Source of the DNA: Mobula hypostoma
Taxonomy: Eukaryota
Direction of reading: 5' to 3'
DNA length: 64,000 nucleotides
Assembly: GCF_963921235.1 (NCBI RefSeq)
Contig: NC_086097.1
Coordinates: forward strand, 113,338,001-113,402,000
Within the stretch, counting starts at the first letter, position 1. The number at the start of each line of letters is the position of its first letter. Below, in pieces: positions 12,561 to 26,204 of this stretch. The notes beneath the pieces are model-generated. The model ran no database searches. It was not told the DNA's origin and was given only the letters and a program-made list of their open reading frames with translations. The translations under genes were made by a program, and so were the position numbers.

Positions 12561-13830
12561 AACTCACCTCAATTAGTTTTCATATTCTCCTATATTATTA
12601 TAGTGTTACATTTCATTGGTACTTCTCTGGGTTTATGCTTGCAAGAGAAGTCCATACTGTAGGGATCCCAAATGAAGATTAGTTCGGAAGATATGAAGCA
12701 GTGCTAGTGAAAAACCAGGATGAAGCAGTTCCTTCTGAGTTAAAATATTTTCAAATTACAAATACAGTCCTATAATTAATTCATGAAATTAATGTTGTGT
12801 TTAGGTAGCGTATGTCCTCACTTTCAAATACATCCTTCAAATGTTTTTAGCAGCTCAGTCCTTAAATACGACCAACTGCACAAGGATAACAAAGTATTAG
12901 TTCAATGCAATCAAGGTAATTTAAAAATGCCAAGCATAAAGGCAAATCATTTTACCCTAATTAAATTGTGGTCTTCACTTTTACACCTCAATCAATGAGT
13001 GCCAACTTCCATTACCAGTTAAATAAATGTATCAAGCTCCATCCACTCAAGCTCATTTTCCTAAGCCTACCTAAATAGCTGCTTCTGTGTTAATAAATCC
13101 CTGTCTCATTCGTTTCACTGAAAATTGTTAAGGCAATCCAAACTGTAAAGGCTTTTATTATAATTAAAAGCAATGATTTTTTTGGTTCAATTTATTTAAT
13201 AAGTGCAAATTGCTGATCTAGTTCAATTGCAATGCTTCTCTCAACAAAAAAAAGTATCAGTTAAGTAATTTATGAATAGCTTTAAAATATGGGCAACCAA
13301 ACAAGAATTTTCATTAGGTAATCAGCAGATTCAGGCTGAAAATATGGAAAGGGATATCATACTCATATACCTTCCTCTGTTATTTAACTTAATGTGTTTC
13401 AAAAGTCCCAGTTGTGATTTTAAGGTTTTAGTCATCACATTCAGAGAAACTGCATCTCGTTGAGTATCTAAAAGCAAATTTGATAAAACACTGCAAATGC
13501 AGAACCTCAGATGTCAAAAAAAAATTTAAGCAACCTTAAGTTGCACAGCACTTTACAGAGGTAATAAGCATAAGGTGGGAAACAAGTAAATAATTAAAGT
13601 ATTTTAATGTTGTCAAGAGTAAAACCTTGAAGCAAATAAAGTGATTTCAAGATGAAGAGAATATTTTATATAAATTTTATGGTTATAAATGCCCCTGTAT
13701 GTGGTTCATATCCAATAGTTTTTTTCTGGGCCATCAAGGCCTTGGTAAACAACTTATAATAACGTTGTAATGTTGTTAACATATCACTTGGGGACTCCAA
13801 CTTTCTGCAGTGAGTTTTTTGGACAAATTA

Positions 13831-13899
13831 AAGGTTTCCCCCACTATCCGAATGTACAGCGTTCCTATGAAACCATTCGTACACCGAAATGGTGTAAAT
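13831..13899 (-). mobile_element. Tigger-like terminal fragment
   Basis: Approximate reverse complement of the right end of 15745-17219. Confidence 0.6.
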
Positions 13900-13902
13900 A
13901 AC

Positions 13903-14973
13903 ACCATTATGCCTTCTTAACCACTGAATCAACCTGCGTAGCAGCTTTGAATGTCCTGTGGACTCAGAACCCAAGATCCCTCTGATCTGCCACACTGCCA
14001 AGAATCTTACCATTAATGCTATATTCTGCCATCATATTTGATTTACCAAAATGAACCACCTCACACTTATCTGGGTTGAAATCCATCTGCCACTTCTCAG
14101 CCCAGTTTTGCATCCTATCAATGTCCCGCTGTAACCTCTGACAGCCCTCCACACTATCCACAACACCCCCAACCTTTGTGTCATCAGCAAATTTACTAAC
14201 CCATCCCTCCACTTCCATCCAGGTCATTTATAAAAATCACAAAGAGTAGGGGTCCCAGAACAGATCCCTGAGGCACACCATTGGTCACCGAATATGACCC
14301 ATCTACAACCACCCTTTGCCTTCTGTGGGCAAGTCAGTTCTGGATCCACAAAGCAATGTCCCCTTGGATCCCATGCCTCCTTACTTTCTCAATAAGCCTT
14401 GCATGGGGTACCTTATCAAATGCCTTGCTGAAATCCATGTACACTACATCTACTGCTCTACCTTCATCAACGTGTTTAGTCACATCCTCAAAAAATTCTA
14501 TCAGGCTCGTAAGGCATGACTTGCCTTTGACAAAGCCATGCTGACTATTCCTAATGATATTATGCCTCTCCAAATGTTCATAAATCCTGCCTCTCAGGAT
14601 CTTCTCCATCAACTTACCAACCACTGAAATAAGACTTACTGGTCTATAATTTTCTGGGCTATCTCTACATCCCTTTCTTGAATAAGGGAACAATATCCGC
14701 AACACTCTGTTCCTCTGGAACCTCTCCCAACCTCATTGATAATGCAAAGATCATCGCCAGAGGCTCAGCAGTCTTCCCCCTTGCTTCCCACAGTAGCCTG
14801 TGGTACATACCATCTGGTCCCGGTGACTTATCCAACTTGATGCTTTCCAAAAGCTCCAGCACATCCTCTTCCTTAGTATCTACATGCTCAAGCTTTTCAG
14901 TCTGCTGCAAGTCATCGCTACAATTGCAAAGATCCTTTTCTGTACTGAATACTGAAGCAAAGTATTCATTAAG
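13903..14973 (-). mobile_element. CR1 RT fragment (second subfamily), frameshifted
   Basis: KSPGPDG, NYRPVSL, QHGFVKGKSCLT, DFSKAFDKVPH, KFADDTK. Confidence 0.92.
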
Positions 14974-14974
14974 T

Positions 14975-15245
14975 TTGTGAGGAGATGTGTTATTACCAAT
15001 CCATACTGACTGTGGTCTCCCGATGAGGAAATCATTGCAGGGGTGAGGGGCTGGGAAGAGGGGATTGTCGTGGTGAATGCAGGGTTTGACTCTTGTTGAT
15101 TAGAACTGAGGGGATGATGGTGTTGAATGCTGAATACTGATCTATAGTCAATAAACAGCAGCCTAATGTAAGTATTGCTGTAGTCCAGGTAGTCCAAGAC
15201 TGAGTAGTCTGCACTAAGGCTTGCATCCACTGTAGATCTGTTGTC
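14975..15245 (-). mobile_element. Rex1/Babar-like fragment
   Basis: NTYIRLLFIDY...AFNTIIPS motifs. Confidence 0.7.
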
Positions 15246-15744
15246 ATAGGTGTCCTGAAGTTCGAAATTGTGTCTCTAACTTCATATGGAATTGCCTTTT
15301 TACTCTTTATGATTATTTAAGAGTTGTTTCAAAGCTCTAACAGAAGGTGAGACTGCCTCCAGCTGGGCTTCCTGCACAAGTCTCTTGGGGCATTCTGGAA
15401 GGGCTTTGCAAACTGTCATCTGAAACCTACTGCCTCTTGAGAATTACTGGGCTTAGAAGGTTGGCTCATTTGGTCTACTGCATGAGCTCAAGTGAGGGTA
15501 GCGTACAGAATCCAGCATGATCTGACTGAATTATTTTGTTCAGTATTTAACAAGATCAAAGACAAAGGCATTGAAAGAAACAATTAAAAGATCTTAAAGT
15601 ACCTAAAGAGGGAAGATAAAACACTGTGAAACCATATATATAAAAAATTAGGAATAGTTGGCTGAGGCACTGTTACAATTTAATGACAATAGATAAGAAA
15701 CCTGAAAAATGCTTCTGGCTGATGAACAGTTTAATATTAGATTA

Positions 15745-17219
15745 CAGGTGTCCCCCCGCTTTTTGAACGTTCGCTTTATGAAATCTCACTGTTACGAAAG
15801 ACCTACATTAGTACCCTGTTTTCCCTTTCAGGTGTTTTCACTGTTACGAAAAAAAAAGCAGCGCGTGATAAAAGGCAGCGCGTGCCCCGAGCAGCCGCTC
15901 TCCCCTGGATTAGGAACGGCATTGCCTAAAAGAGCTCGTAAGGGTGTTACACTTAGCATAAAGCTAGACATAATTAAGCGTTTCGATCGTGGTGAATGAA
16001 GTAAGGACAACGTGAGTTTGGCTTGTGGAAGCTGACGAACATGATGTTGAAGAGGTTTTGGCATCCCATGACCAAGAACTGACAGATGAAGAGCTGATGC
16101 AATTGGAAGAAAAAAGGATAACAATCGAAACCGAATGAGTAATGATAAAGTACGACTTTAATTTTGAAAGGGTACGTCGGTTTAGGGGATATTTGCAGGA
16201 TGGTTTGAGTCGTTACAAGGAACTATGTGATAGAAAAATGCACGAGGCTCAGCAGTCAAGCAAGCCTTCCACATCAGCCACAGCAGATGACGAACCTCGA
16301 CCTTCGACATCGAGCGGGCAGAGATAGAAGAAGATGAGCTGCCTGCTCTAATGGAAACAGACGATGACCAGGTGACAGCCCAGTGTCCCACCACCCCAAC
16401 CCCCAGGCCACGGACAGATACCAATTCGCGGAGAATGCAAAGGTAGCCGGGAGGCACACAACACATCTTTAAGAAAAAAGCCGAAATAAACATGCTAATT
16501 AATTAGGTGCCCCTGACACGTAATTGTCGGCCCAGATCAGAGACGACGCAATCGGAAATCGGCCCTGATCTGGGCCGACAATTATGTGCCGGGCAGCACC
16601 TAATTAATTATCATGTTTGTTTCGGCTTTTTTTAAAGATGTGTTGTGTGCCTCCTGGCTACCACTGGACCCCTGCATGCTTCGCAGCAATGTATCGCTCG
16701 GCGGCCTGGAGAGTGGGGGCCACTGCACCACCCAAACTCCGACTCAGCCTAACACACCAACATCAGTGCTCTCGGCGCTGTCCCGATTCCGGTAAGTGAT
16801 ACTACACTGTACATACATTATTTCTACTTTATATAGGTTGTGTATTTTTATGTGTTATTTGGTATGATTTGGCAGCTTCATAGCTTAAAGGTTACTGGAG
16901 CGCTTGCGCCGTGTTTCTGCCAACAGTGCTTGCGTGAGATTTTCGCTACAGAGAACAGTTCAGTAATGATTGTGGAAAAATATTTCTACTTTATATAGGC
17001 TGTGTATTTATCATATCATTCCTGCTTTTACTATATGTTACTGTTATTTTAGGTTTTATGTGTTATTTGGCATGATTTGGTAGGTTATTTTTGGGTCTGC
17101 GAACGCTCACAAAATTTTCCCATATAAATACATGGTAATTGCTTCTTCGCTTTACAACATTTCGGCTTACGAACCATTTCATAGGAACGCTCAACCTTCG
17201 GAAGGCAGGGGAAAACCTG
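15745..17219 (+). mobile_element. Tigger/pogo-like non-autonomous DNA transposon with internal palindrome
   Basis: TA|caggtgtccccccg ... ggggaaaacctg|TA; CENP-B-like N-terminal remnant RARKGVTLSIKLDIIKRFDRGE; second copy at 38317. Confidence 0.88.
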
Positions 17220-17644
17220 TATTCCAGTGATGATGATATAGAGGATCCTATATAGGAAGAAGGGATTGGCAGGATATAATAACCCTAATATTCACGAGTA
17301 TACAAGATTTGTCATCAAAGCATTAGGGCTCATTTCAAGAAAAAGAACTGAAAACCACAAAAATTATGCTGAACTTTTACACTGTGAGACAAAATTGGGT
17401 GTTACTTTGTAAAGGTTTGATCTCCATATAACTAAATGATAGAAAGACACAAGAGATGGTATCAGATTTAAATAGAAGACAATAGCAGTGGCCATCTGAA
17501 AAAAGAGTATTCAAGTCCTATCATTGAATTAGTAACATTTTTTCTTCAAGCTAAGTATTGGATAGACTGAAATCAAAGTCTGCAGTGGCTACCATAATTC
17601 TTGTTCCCATAATCTATCTTATAAATCCAACTACTTCATACATA

Positions 17645-17780
17645 CATGAGAAAATCTGCAGATGCTGGAAATCTAAAGTAGCCCTGATTAAGAGTCTTGG
17701 CCGGAGACGTCAACTGTTTACTCTTTTCAATAGATGCTGCCTGTCCTACTGAGTTGTTCCAGCGTTTTACCTATGTTGTA
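17645..17780. mobile_element. Short inverted Penelope pLTR remnant
   Basis: Minus-oriented pLTR end abutting a plus-oriented degenerate hammerhead/pLTR. Confidence 0.6.
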
Positions 17781-18574
17781 TTTCAAACATACTCTTTGGG
17801 CTACAGAGTGCTTTGAAACAAAATTTAATCATGAAAGGCACTATGTACATATGTACATGCAAGTTCATTCATTCCATTTTTTAAATGGTTTTGAATGAAC
17901 GCCTGCTGTCGCAGAGCGGATTGATTCGGTTTCATTTAACCTGTGTGTCTTTGCAGCAGCAACCTCAATAATTGCAAGTGCAAGCCATCTAACATCATGA
18001 AACTGTCCTGCTGTTGCAAACCATCAAATTTCACGTCATATATGACAGTGGTAACGAATCCAATTCTGACTTTGTAACCAGCTGTGTGGCGCTCTGCTGG
18101 TGTCTTGTTACTGTATCCAGCTGCAATCACTAAGACACCTGTGATATCACTAAGATACTGTTTAAGGCAAACTGTGTAAGTTAAGAATAGAACAAGCTAG
18201 CACTAACTTCAAGACATCTAGCAAACAATGTAGTTAACAGAATGCAGAAAATAATTTTTGATTTATGTTAAAAAAAAAGAACTGGATACTGAAATATAGG
18301 AAGCATGTGAAGCGAGAAGGACTGACGGAAGTGAGGATGAAAACAGGTCAAATGATCATCTGTGAAATTATCGTAACAATGAAATACACACACAATTTCA
18401 TTTCACCTACAGCAAAATCCTTGTTAGATTCTAGCAGGTGATGGACCTGCTGTCGCAGAGAAGATTGGTTTACTTAGTTTTTCCAAATTGATAATTCTAT
18501 GTTGTTACTAAATAGCTGACAAAATCTAGTAAACACACAAGTAAAATTTGTGATTGTCAAATAAAAAGTGGTTT

Positions 18575-18950
18575 TATTCAACATTTTCATATAATGTAAT
18601 TTTGACCTTTCCGAGTCCTTCTTATATGAACAGGGGAGCAGAGTTGATGACATTATTGAACGTATTCGATTTAAGATATTGGTCCAGCCTTGTTTTGTTC
18701 CATTTGCTTTTTTTTTTGGGTTGAGTATTTAGTTTTTTTTTGGTTTTTCTTTGTATTTTTTTTCTTTTTATTTCTTTTTTCTCTATGATTAACTATATTA
18801 AGAGTTTGGAAGTCTATTACACCTGTTTTATTTGAAATCTTTTTTGTACATGTTTATCAACAATAAGATTATTCCATTCTCTCTGTATCAATATTGTTAT
18901 TCTGTTTATAATTTTGGAAAATGAATAAAAAGGTTTAAAAAGAAAGAAAG
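18575..18950 (+). mobile_element. 5'-truncated L1 (ORF2 end + 3'UTR)
   Basis: IQHFHIM* ORF2 end, AATAAA..(GAAA)n tail, 12-bp TSD aaaaagtggttt (18563-18574 / 18951-18962). Confidence 0.88.
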
Positions 18951-19286
18951 AAAAAGTGGTTTGCTTCACCAATCAGAAGCAGTAAAATGTCAGCCATATA
19001 GGTGAATCTGGCAAAACTGGGTAAGGATGTCAATTGTATCTCTCAGAAAGAAATTAGTAAACTAAGCAAGTTTTTAAATCACAACTGGATAATTTCACCA
19101 TTGCTGTTACTAAACTCAGCTTTTTATGTATATTATGCAATTTAAGGTATCAAACTGCCTTGGTGGAATTCAAATACAGAGCCCTGGATTAATAGCCAAT
19201 CAATCAATCACTTACTATCCTTCTATACCCCAGCCAAACATGTTCATAGCAGAAAGAGAAATCTTTATAGGAATAGAATCGCTTAC

Positions 19287-19422
19287 CACACCAAGCTTTT
19301 CAGAAGCATTAGCTTTCCACAAACGGATATTCATTTCATCAGAACCACAAAGTATGTATTTATTGTCAGCAGACCACTTTACACACATCACATGTTGCAT
19401 TCGTTTTGTATGGTACACCTCC
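19287..19422 (-). CDS. dcaf13: DCAF13 exon 9 (136 nt)
   Basis: EVYHTKRMQHVMCVKWSADNKYILCGSDEMNIRLWKANASEKLGV; ttttctAG acceptor, GTaagc donor. Confidence 0.96.
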
Positions 19423-19885
19423 CTAGAAAATAAAACAATTACATTAATAACAAAGAAACTTTACAACAACATTAATTGATACAGAAGCCATAAATGGAAA
19501 AATAGAAACACATGAAAATGAACAAAGTAGTGTTACAATTAACAAATAAATAGAAATTCATTTCAATCCACATACACTAATATCATTCCTGTAAGTATTT
19601 ATTCATTATCACTTTCTACACAATTTGCTGCAGCACCAATCACTTTTGCAGAGAAATTAAATCAATTTGACTAACCCTGGTTAATAAATAATACAAGATA
19701 TTTACATTACTGTAAGTATTCAAGAGTAAATGATGTATACAAAAAACACGCACACACTTCTGATGTGCTGATTGAAAAGGGAAAAGGGACATTTTTTTTT
19801 CCCTATTGCCATTACATACATATCCTGTATTGAAATAAGATGAGTTCTAATCAGAGCTAAAATAGGAAAAGCGTCATTATCTGAT

Positions 19886-19985
19886 CTACACAAAATGCTG
19901 GAGGAACTCAGCAGGTGAGGCAGCATCTATAGAAAAAAAAGTACAGTTGACATTTCCGGCTGAAACCCTTCAGCAGAATTGGAAA
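19886..19985 (-). mobile_element. Penelope pLTR fragment with degenerate hammerhead
   Basis: CTGCTGAagggtttcagccgGAAAtgtc on the minus strand followed by pLTR sequence. Confidence 0.7.
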
Positions 19986-20449
19986 AGAGACTTTGCAGAG
20001 TAGCAATCAAATTACAAACAAAGAAACAAATAATTTTTCTGCAGATTTTCTCTTGTTTGTGATTATCTAATCTACACAGAAATGATCAAAAATATTTTAA
20101 TAGTATCTTGCCAACCTATATTTTGAGCGTACAGAATGTTTTTTCTTGATGTATTTTCCTGAAGTCCTGCTTGTTCAAAATCAAAATTAAATACTTTATT
20201 AGGATGTCTGTTTTTAATTATTGAATTTATGGTAAATATCACATTTCATTTTAAATGAATAAAGCTAATTAGAACCGTACAATCTAGTTACAGCCTTTCA
20301 TTGTTATATTCCATTGACGTTTACTAGAAAGGTGTAGTGTGGAAGATATTACACCTGATCATAATGAGCTCAGTTTCAATCATTTTGCTTTCTTTTGGCA
20401 CTACTTATTTGATTAAATTTTGTTAAATATACTGAGAATTGTAATTTAT

Positions 20450-20945
20450 GAGACTCTATGATGGTCAAGGTTGAGCGTGGATGCTGTGCTCTTTCGATGT
20501 GTTACATGAGCCAGGGTAATAGAATACGGAGAGCAAGCCGTTGCCCGTGCAGCAAACTCCCCCTCTCCAGGCAGATGATGAATCCACAGGAACAACAAAG
20601 ACCGATATAGTTCAGTACAAGTGACGTAACAGGAGCTGCCAGTCAGCTTTGAACTCAATGTACAACTGCCTTGGGGACCCCAGCTCCAGAACTTTCCCCA
20701 GAATTTACTCCCAAAGCCTTCTCCATGAGTCAGTATAGCAGCAAAGCAGTGGAGGTTTGAAATCAGAGTTTTCATTCTCCTAGAGGAGTTGCCAACCATG
20801 GCTGATGAGCTCATTTGCCCAAAGCAACTGGTTTTAAGGTGCCAGTAGCCTGCCTTTGCCCCTTCATCTTTCAGTAGAAATGGTTCCACGGGGCTTAGTA
20901 GCTAAGCCACACGTGAAGGCTAGGAACTAGAATTGGCTATCAGAG
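20450..20945 (-). mobile_element. Second copy of the 11985-12560 retroposon
   Basis: Reverse-complement similarity over about 480 bp. Confidence 0.65.
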
Positions 20946-21454
20946 TCTAACCCCCCACCAAGCTATCACAATCTTAAAGAACCTGTAATTTATAACTTTT
21001 TTTATTATATATTACATTGTACTGCTGCTATAAAGCAACAAATTTCACAACATATGCCGGTGATATTAAACTTAATTCTGATTCTAATGGAAATAAAAAT
21101 CAACCATTGCAATAATAAATTGCTTAAATGGTGAGTTTGGTGAAATATTTCTGTTCAAACTTGCAATGCACTGCTCCTGGTTACGCTGAATATTGAAAGG
21201 TACATTCATTATACTCAGTGAATTGTACTTTTTTTGCTAAATCATGGTCAAAAGCTTTTAAATGCAGTGTTAGAATCAATAACTGATTTCATTGATCAAT
21301 GCTGTAAGCACATTTTTATTTTTGATTCAGTTTTTTTAGTATTAGCACTGTTAAATTTCTATCTACAAAAAAAAGAAAGACCATCATTATTCTACATAAG
21401 AAGACTGAGGAATGAAAGTTATCTGAATACTATTGGTCATTCCTCTAAGAAGTT

Positions 21455-21716
21455 AAGGAAAGGAAAAGTACGTCACATCCGGAGTTTCTCCGGTTAGCGG
21501 ACGATTTCCCTCCACGCCTCTCTGACGTAGTGGGGAACCGCGTACGAGGCAAGTTACAGCAGTGGTTTGCCATTGCCTTCTGCCGGGTGAGTTTCCAAAG
21601 AGATCACCAGCTCATAACCCAGCACGGATGGAAAGCGTGCAGGGGAGCTGGCTGGATTCGAACTCGGGACCTTTCATCCTGAAGTCTGGCACTGATGCCA
21701 CTACGCCACCAGCTGA
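21455..21716 (-). mobile_element. tRNA-derived SINE
   Basis: A box tggcgtagtgg, B box gagttcgaatcc, (tttcc)n tail. Confidence 0.8.
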
Positions 21717-22717
21717 GTCAAAATTACAATACGGTTGTGAAAAGGACTGAAGTCCGATATAATCTAACTTATGTTCTTTAATATAAACTCACCAAAATAG
21801 AGTATCCATCATCCTTAAGATTTCTATTTAATAAACATAAAAAATTCTATCCTCGAGTTAATTTCCACACAAACGCCACCAAAAATCCACCTATTTCAGT
21901 TTAATTTGTTAAAATCAATTAACAGATTAAACACCATATCATTAAAAATTTGAAATAAGTAACAAGACAACTTACCTACCTCTACACCTACCCTTCAATT
22001 TCAAGGTCAGGGATCCCAATTTAAATAGTTTGCAACTCCATTACCAAGCTTAGGACAGCTGGCAAAGGACCAGCAAACCGGACACTCCAGCATAACAGCT
22101 GGAATTCTAGTCTGCCTAGAATATGTCAATGGACTGCATGTGGATTATGGACTTGTCTCCGTGTCAATTAGTCTTCATCTTTGGATTACAAGTCAGCAAC
22201 CCAAAGGATCTCATGTTAATTGTTATAATACTTATATTGTACATCAATAGACAATAGGAAAGCATACTGTTTATTAATTACAGCTTGGTGTTCAATACCA
22301 TTATTCCCTCAGTACTAATCAACAAGCTTCCAAACCTGAGTCTCTGTATCTCCCCATTGGATTGGGACTGTATAAATGTTATTTTCGCGCCGCCTTAACA
22401 ACAATAGAGTGCCTCCTGTCCTTGTGTACCACCCCATGAGCCTCTGCATCCAACACATCATTCTCCACAGCTTCTGCTATCTCCAAAGTGATCCTACCAT
22501 CAAACATTTTTATCGCCCTTCCTCTCTCCACTTTCCACAGGAATTTCTCCTTCTGTGACTCCTTTGTTCACTCATTCCCCCCTTCCCAACTAATCTCTCT
22601 CCAGGCACTAATTCCTGCAAGCAGCCAAATTCACCTCCTCCCTCACCTCTATTCAGAGCCCCAGACAGTCCTTCCAGGTGAGGCAACACTTCACCTGTGA
22701 ATCTTCTGGGTCCTCTA

Positions 22718-23156
22718 TTGAATTGAATTGAATTGACTTTATTACTTACATCCTTCATATACATGAGGAGTAAAAATCTAAGTGACGTCTCCGTCTAAAT
22801 GTGCAATGCGCAATTTATAGTAAATTGTAATAAATAGTATGTACAACAGGACAGTCAATATAACATAGAAATACAGCTGTGTCAGCATGAATTAAGTAGT
22901 TTGATGGTCTGGTGGAAGAAGCTGTCCTGGAGCCTGTTGGTCCTGGCTTTTATGCTGCAGTTCCGTTTCACGGATGGTAGCAGCTGGAACAGATTGTGGT
23001 TGGAGTGACTCGGGTCCCCAATGATCCTTCAGGCCCTTTTCACAAATCTGTCTTTGTAAATGGCCTGAATAGACAGATGCGCATCTCCACCACTCTCTGT
23101 AGAGTCCTGCAATTGAGAGAAGTACAGTTCCCATACCAGGCAGTGATGTAGCCAGT
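22718..23156 (-). mobile_element. Rex1/Babar-like 3' fragment
   Basis: Minus strand ends AATAAA + (CAATT)n; C-terminal LRDSFFHQTI-like remnant. Confidence 0.75.
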
Positions 23157-23644
23157 GTATCTGGTGCTCTCAATGCAGCCTCCTCTACATTGGTAAGGTG
23201 AGACCCGTCATAAATTGAAGGACAGCTTCATCAAGCACCTCTGCTCCATCCACCAAAAGTGGAACTTCCTGGTGGCAAAACATTGTAATTCTGATTCCCA
23301 TTCTGACATGTTCATCCACAGCCTCCTCTTGTGCCCAAGAAGAGGCCACCCTTAGAGTGGAGGAGCAAAACCTTATATTGTGTCTGGGTAGCCTCCAACC
23401 TGATGGCAAAAATATTGATTTCTCCTTCCAGTAAAAAAAATTCCCTCTCCCTCCATTCCCCACTATGGACTCTTACTTCTTCTTGCCTGCCTATTACCTC
23501 CTCCTGGGTCCCTTCCTCCTTCCCTCTCTCCTATCCATATCAGATTCCTTCCTCTCCAGCCCTTTAGTTTTGGCTTCACTTATCACCTTCTAGCCATCTT
23601 GCTCCCTTACCCCGCCCCCCCCCAACCTTTTTATTCTGGTATCA

Positions 23645-25730
23645 TACCTAGTAGTATGTCATGTAAAAGTAAACTTAAAAAAACTAAAAAGCAATCCCTT
23701 GACTACTTGCAATTAATTAAAGAAGAAAAGTTTACAAAAATTTACAACTGAAGTAAGGAACAGATTTCAAAGTCTCGAAATAGAATCTGTTGAAGATGAT
23801 AGCAATCATGTAGAAATGAAATTTAACTCTCTAAAGGATGCCTTGGTAAAATCAGCAAAGTCAGTGATTCCTAAAAAGAAAAAAGCACGAAGAATAAATG
23901 GATGACAGATGAAATCAAAAATCTAATGGAAGAAAGCAAATCCTATGGAATATAAGTCCTTACATAAAAAAGTTTAAAGCTTATGTCAAAAAGTTAAAGA
24001 AGAATGGTTAAACCAGGAACGTGAGCAAATAGAAAGAATCCCTATTACTGATCCAAAAAGGTTACATCAACAAATCAAGAATACCATTGGTAAAAAGTTC
24101 TTCAGTTGGATGTTTGAAAGCAAAGGACGGTACCATTATCATGGAAAAAGATGAGATTATGAACAGATGGACTGAGTATATTCCAGAATTGTTTGAAGAC
24201 GATCAAGGCGAAAAACCAGAAATTAAGAAAAACATTGAAGCTTTTAAAATCTGAAGTTCGTAATGCAATAAATAAGATGAAGGAAGGAAAGGCCGCAGGT
24301 CCTGATGAATTAGTAACAGAACAAATTATCACCCTTGAAGATTATGGAATTGAATAAACTTACTTACTGATTTAATCAATGACATTTATGAGACTGGAAT
24401 AATACCAGAAGAGATGAAAAAATCAGTATTTATCACTCTTCCTCAGAAACCTGGAGCAACAGAATGTGAATTACATAGGACCATATCACCAAGATACCTC
24501 TAAGAATTTTGATGACAAGAGCTAAAAGTAAGATACAAGCTGAAGTAGGTAAAGAATAATGTGGTTTTGTGAAAGACAAAGGTACAAGAAACGCAATACT
24601 GATGTTAAGGATACTATCAGAATGAGCTATTCAAGTGCAAAAAGATTTGTTTGTTTGTTTTATCGACTACACAAAAGCATTTGATAAAGTAAAGCACAGT
24701 AAGTTATTTGAAATATTACAGAAAACTCTAGATCTAGATTTGAAAGACCTCCGCCTAATCAGAAATCTGTACGGGAACAAACTGCTGCTGTAAGAATAGA
24801 TGGAGAAGTGAGTCACTTAATGAAAATCAGGAGAGGCGTTAGATAAGGGTGTGTTTTCTCCCCTGATTTATTTAATGTGTACAGTGAAACCATATTACAA
24901 AAAATAAGAGACATCTTGGGAATCAAATTTGGTGGTGAAAACATCAATAATTTCAGATATGCAGGTGACACTGTTAATTGCAAGTATGGAGGAAGAACTA
25001 CAAAACTTAATTGATATAATTGTTGAAGAAAGTGCAAAAATAGATCTATCAATTACAAAAAGACAATGTATGGTGATATCCAAAAAGAAGGAGATCCTAT
25101 CTGCAGGCTGAGAATAAACAGGGAAGACATAAAACAAGTACAGAACTTTTGCTACTTCGGAAGCTGGGTGACATCAGATGGCAGGTGCGACTTGGACATC
25201 AAAAGAAGAATAGGGATGGCAAAAGGCACCTTTACGAGAATGAAGAGTATACTGACCAATACTAAACTAGGCATGACAACCCACCTCAGAGTACTGAAAT
25301 GTTACGTTTATCCAGTTATGTTATATGGCTCAGAATGTTGGACAATATCTAGTAACATGAGGAAACGAATTGAAGCAGCAGAGAATGTGGTTTTTGGGGA
25401 GGATGTAAAGAATATCGTGGACGAAATGAATATCTAACGAGGATGTCATGAACAGAACAAACACAAAAAGAGAAATAATGTATGAGATCATGAAGAGGCA
25501 ACGTAACTTCATTGGACGTGTGATTAGGAAAGAGGAGGAAAGAGAATGCACGGTAATTATGGGAAAGATTGAAGGAAAGAAAGCAAGAGGAAGACAAAGA
25601 CAAATGATGATGGAGACAGCAGCCAGAGAACTGGAAATGAATACCAATGAATTGATCCACTTGACCCGAAACAGGACTGCGTGGGCCATGGCACTCAAAG
25701 CTCAAACTGGGCACGATACCTGATGATGAT
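23645..25730 (+). mobile_element. 5'-truncated RTE-clade LINE, frameshifted
   Basis: GKAAGPDE, FIDYTKAFDKVKH, GCVFSPDLFN, DIKRRIGMAK, LYGSECWT, GKIEGKKARGRQR; (TGA)n tail. Confidence 0.92.
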
Positions 25731-26204
25731 CTTCCTCCTTCCTTTCCAGTCCCATAGAAGGGTTTCGGCCTGAAACGTCGACTGTTTATTCATTTCCATA
25801 GATGCAGAGTTCCTCCAGTATTCTGCATGTGCCTCTTTGGATTTCCAGCATCTTTCTTGTGTTTGTTATTTTTCTTATGCTTATTCATATTTTTATATAA
25901 TTACTTATACACATGTAATTGTTTTGAGGGGTTTTATTGGTTGCAGATGCCTTTGCATCTTTCCGGCAGATATCACATTACTTGAATAAAGGCTATCTTC
26001 CATTGGTAAATTCAACCAATGAAATTTATAGGTATCAGCAAACCATGTTGGACTGCTCGCTTATTGTCTTTCTTTTTGTCCTTCCACTAATTTTGCTTTT
26101 GCTCTTCATTCTCACCCTTTTTTCATTCTTTTGTTCTTTTAGCACTTAATAAAAATGGCTGGAAGCAGAAAGTTATACCTCACTCTTGACTTCCAAAGTT
26201 CTTC

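Larger units (their letters stand above)
22345..25865 (+). mobile_element. Penelope-like remnant split by a Rex1 fragment and an RTE (pieces about 22345-22717, 23157-23644, 25731-25865)
   Basis: RVPPVLVYHP, HFTCES, CSQCSLLYIG, GSLQPDG and pLTR are collinear once the inserts are removed. Confidence 0.8.

Noticed and set aside
17900..18465. 15-bp direct repeat cctgctgtcgcagag about 545 bp apart
   Set aside because: Only two short copies with no array or identifiable element between them; not CRISPR-like.
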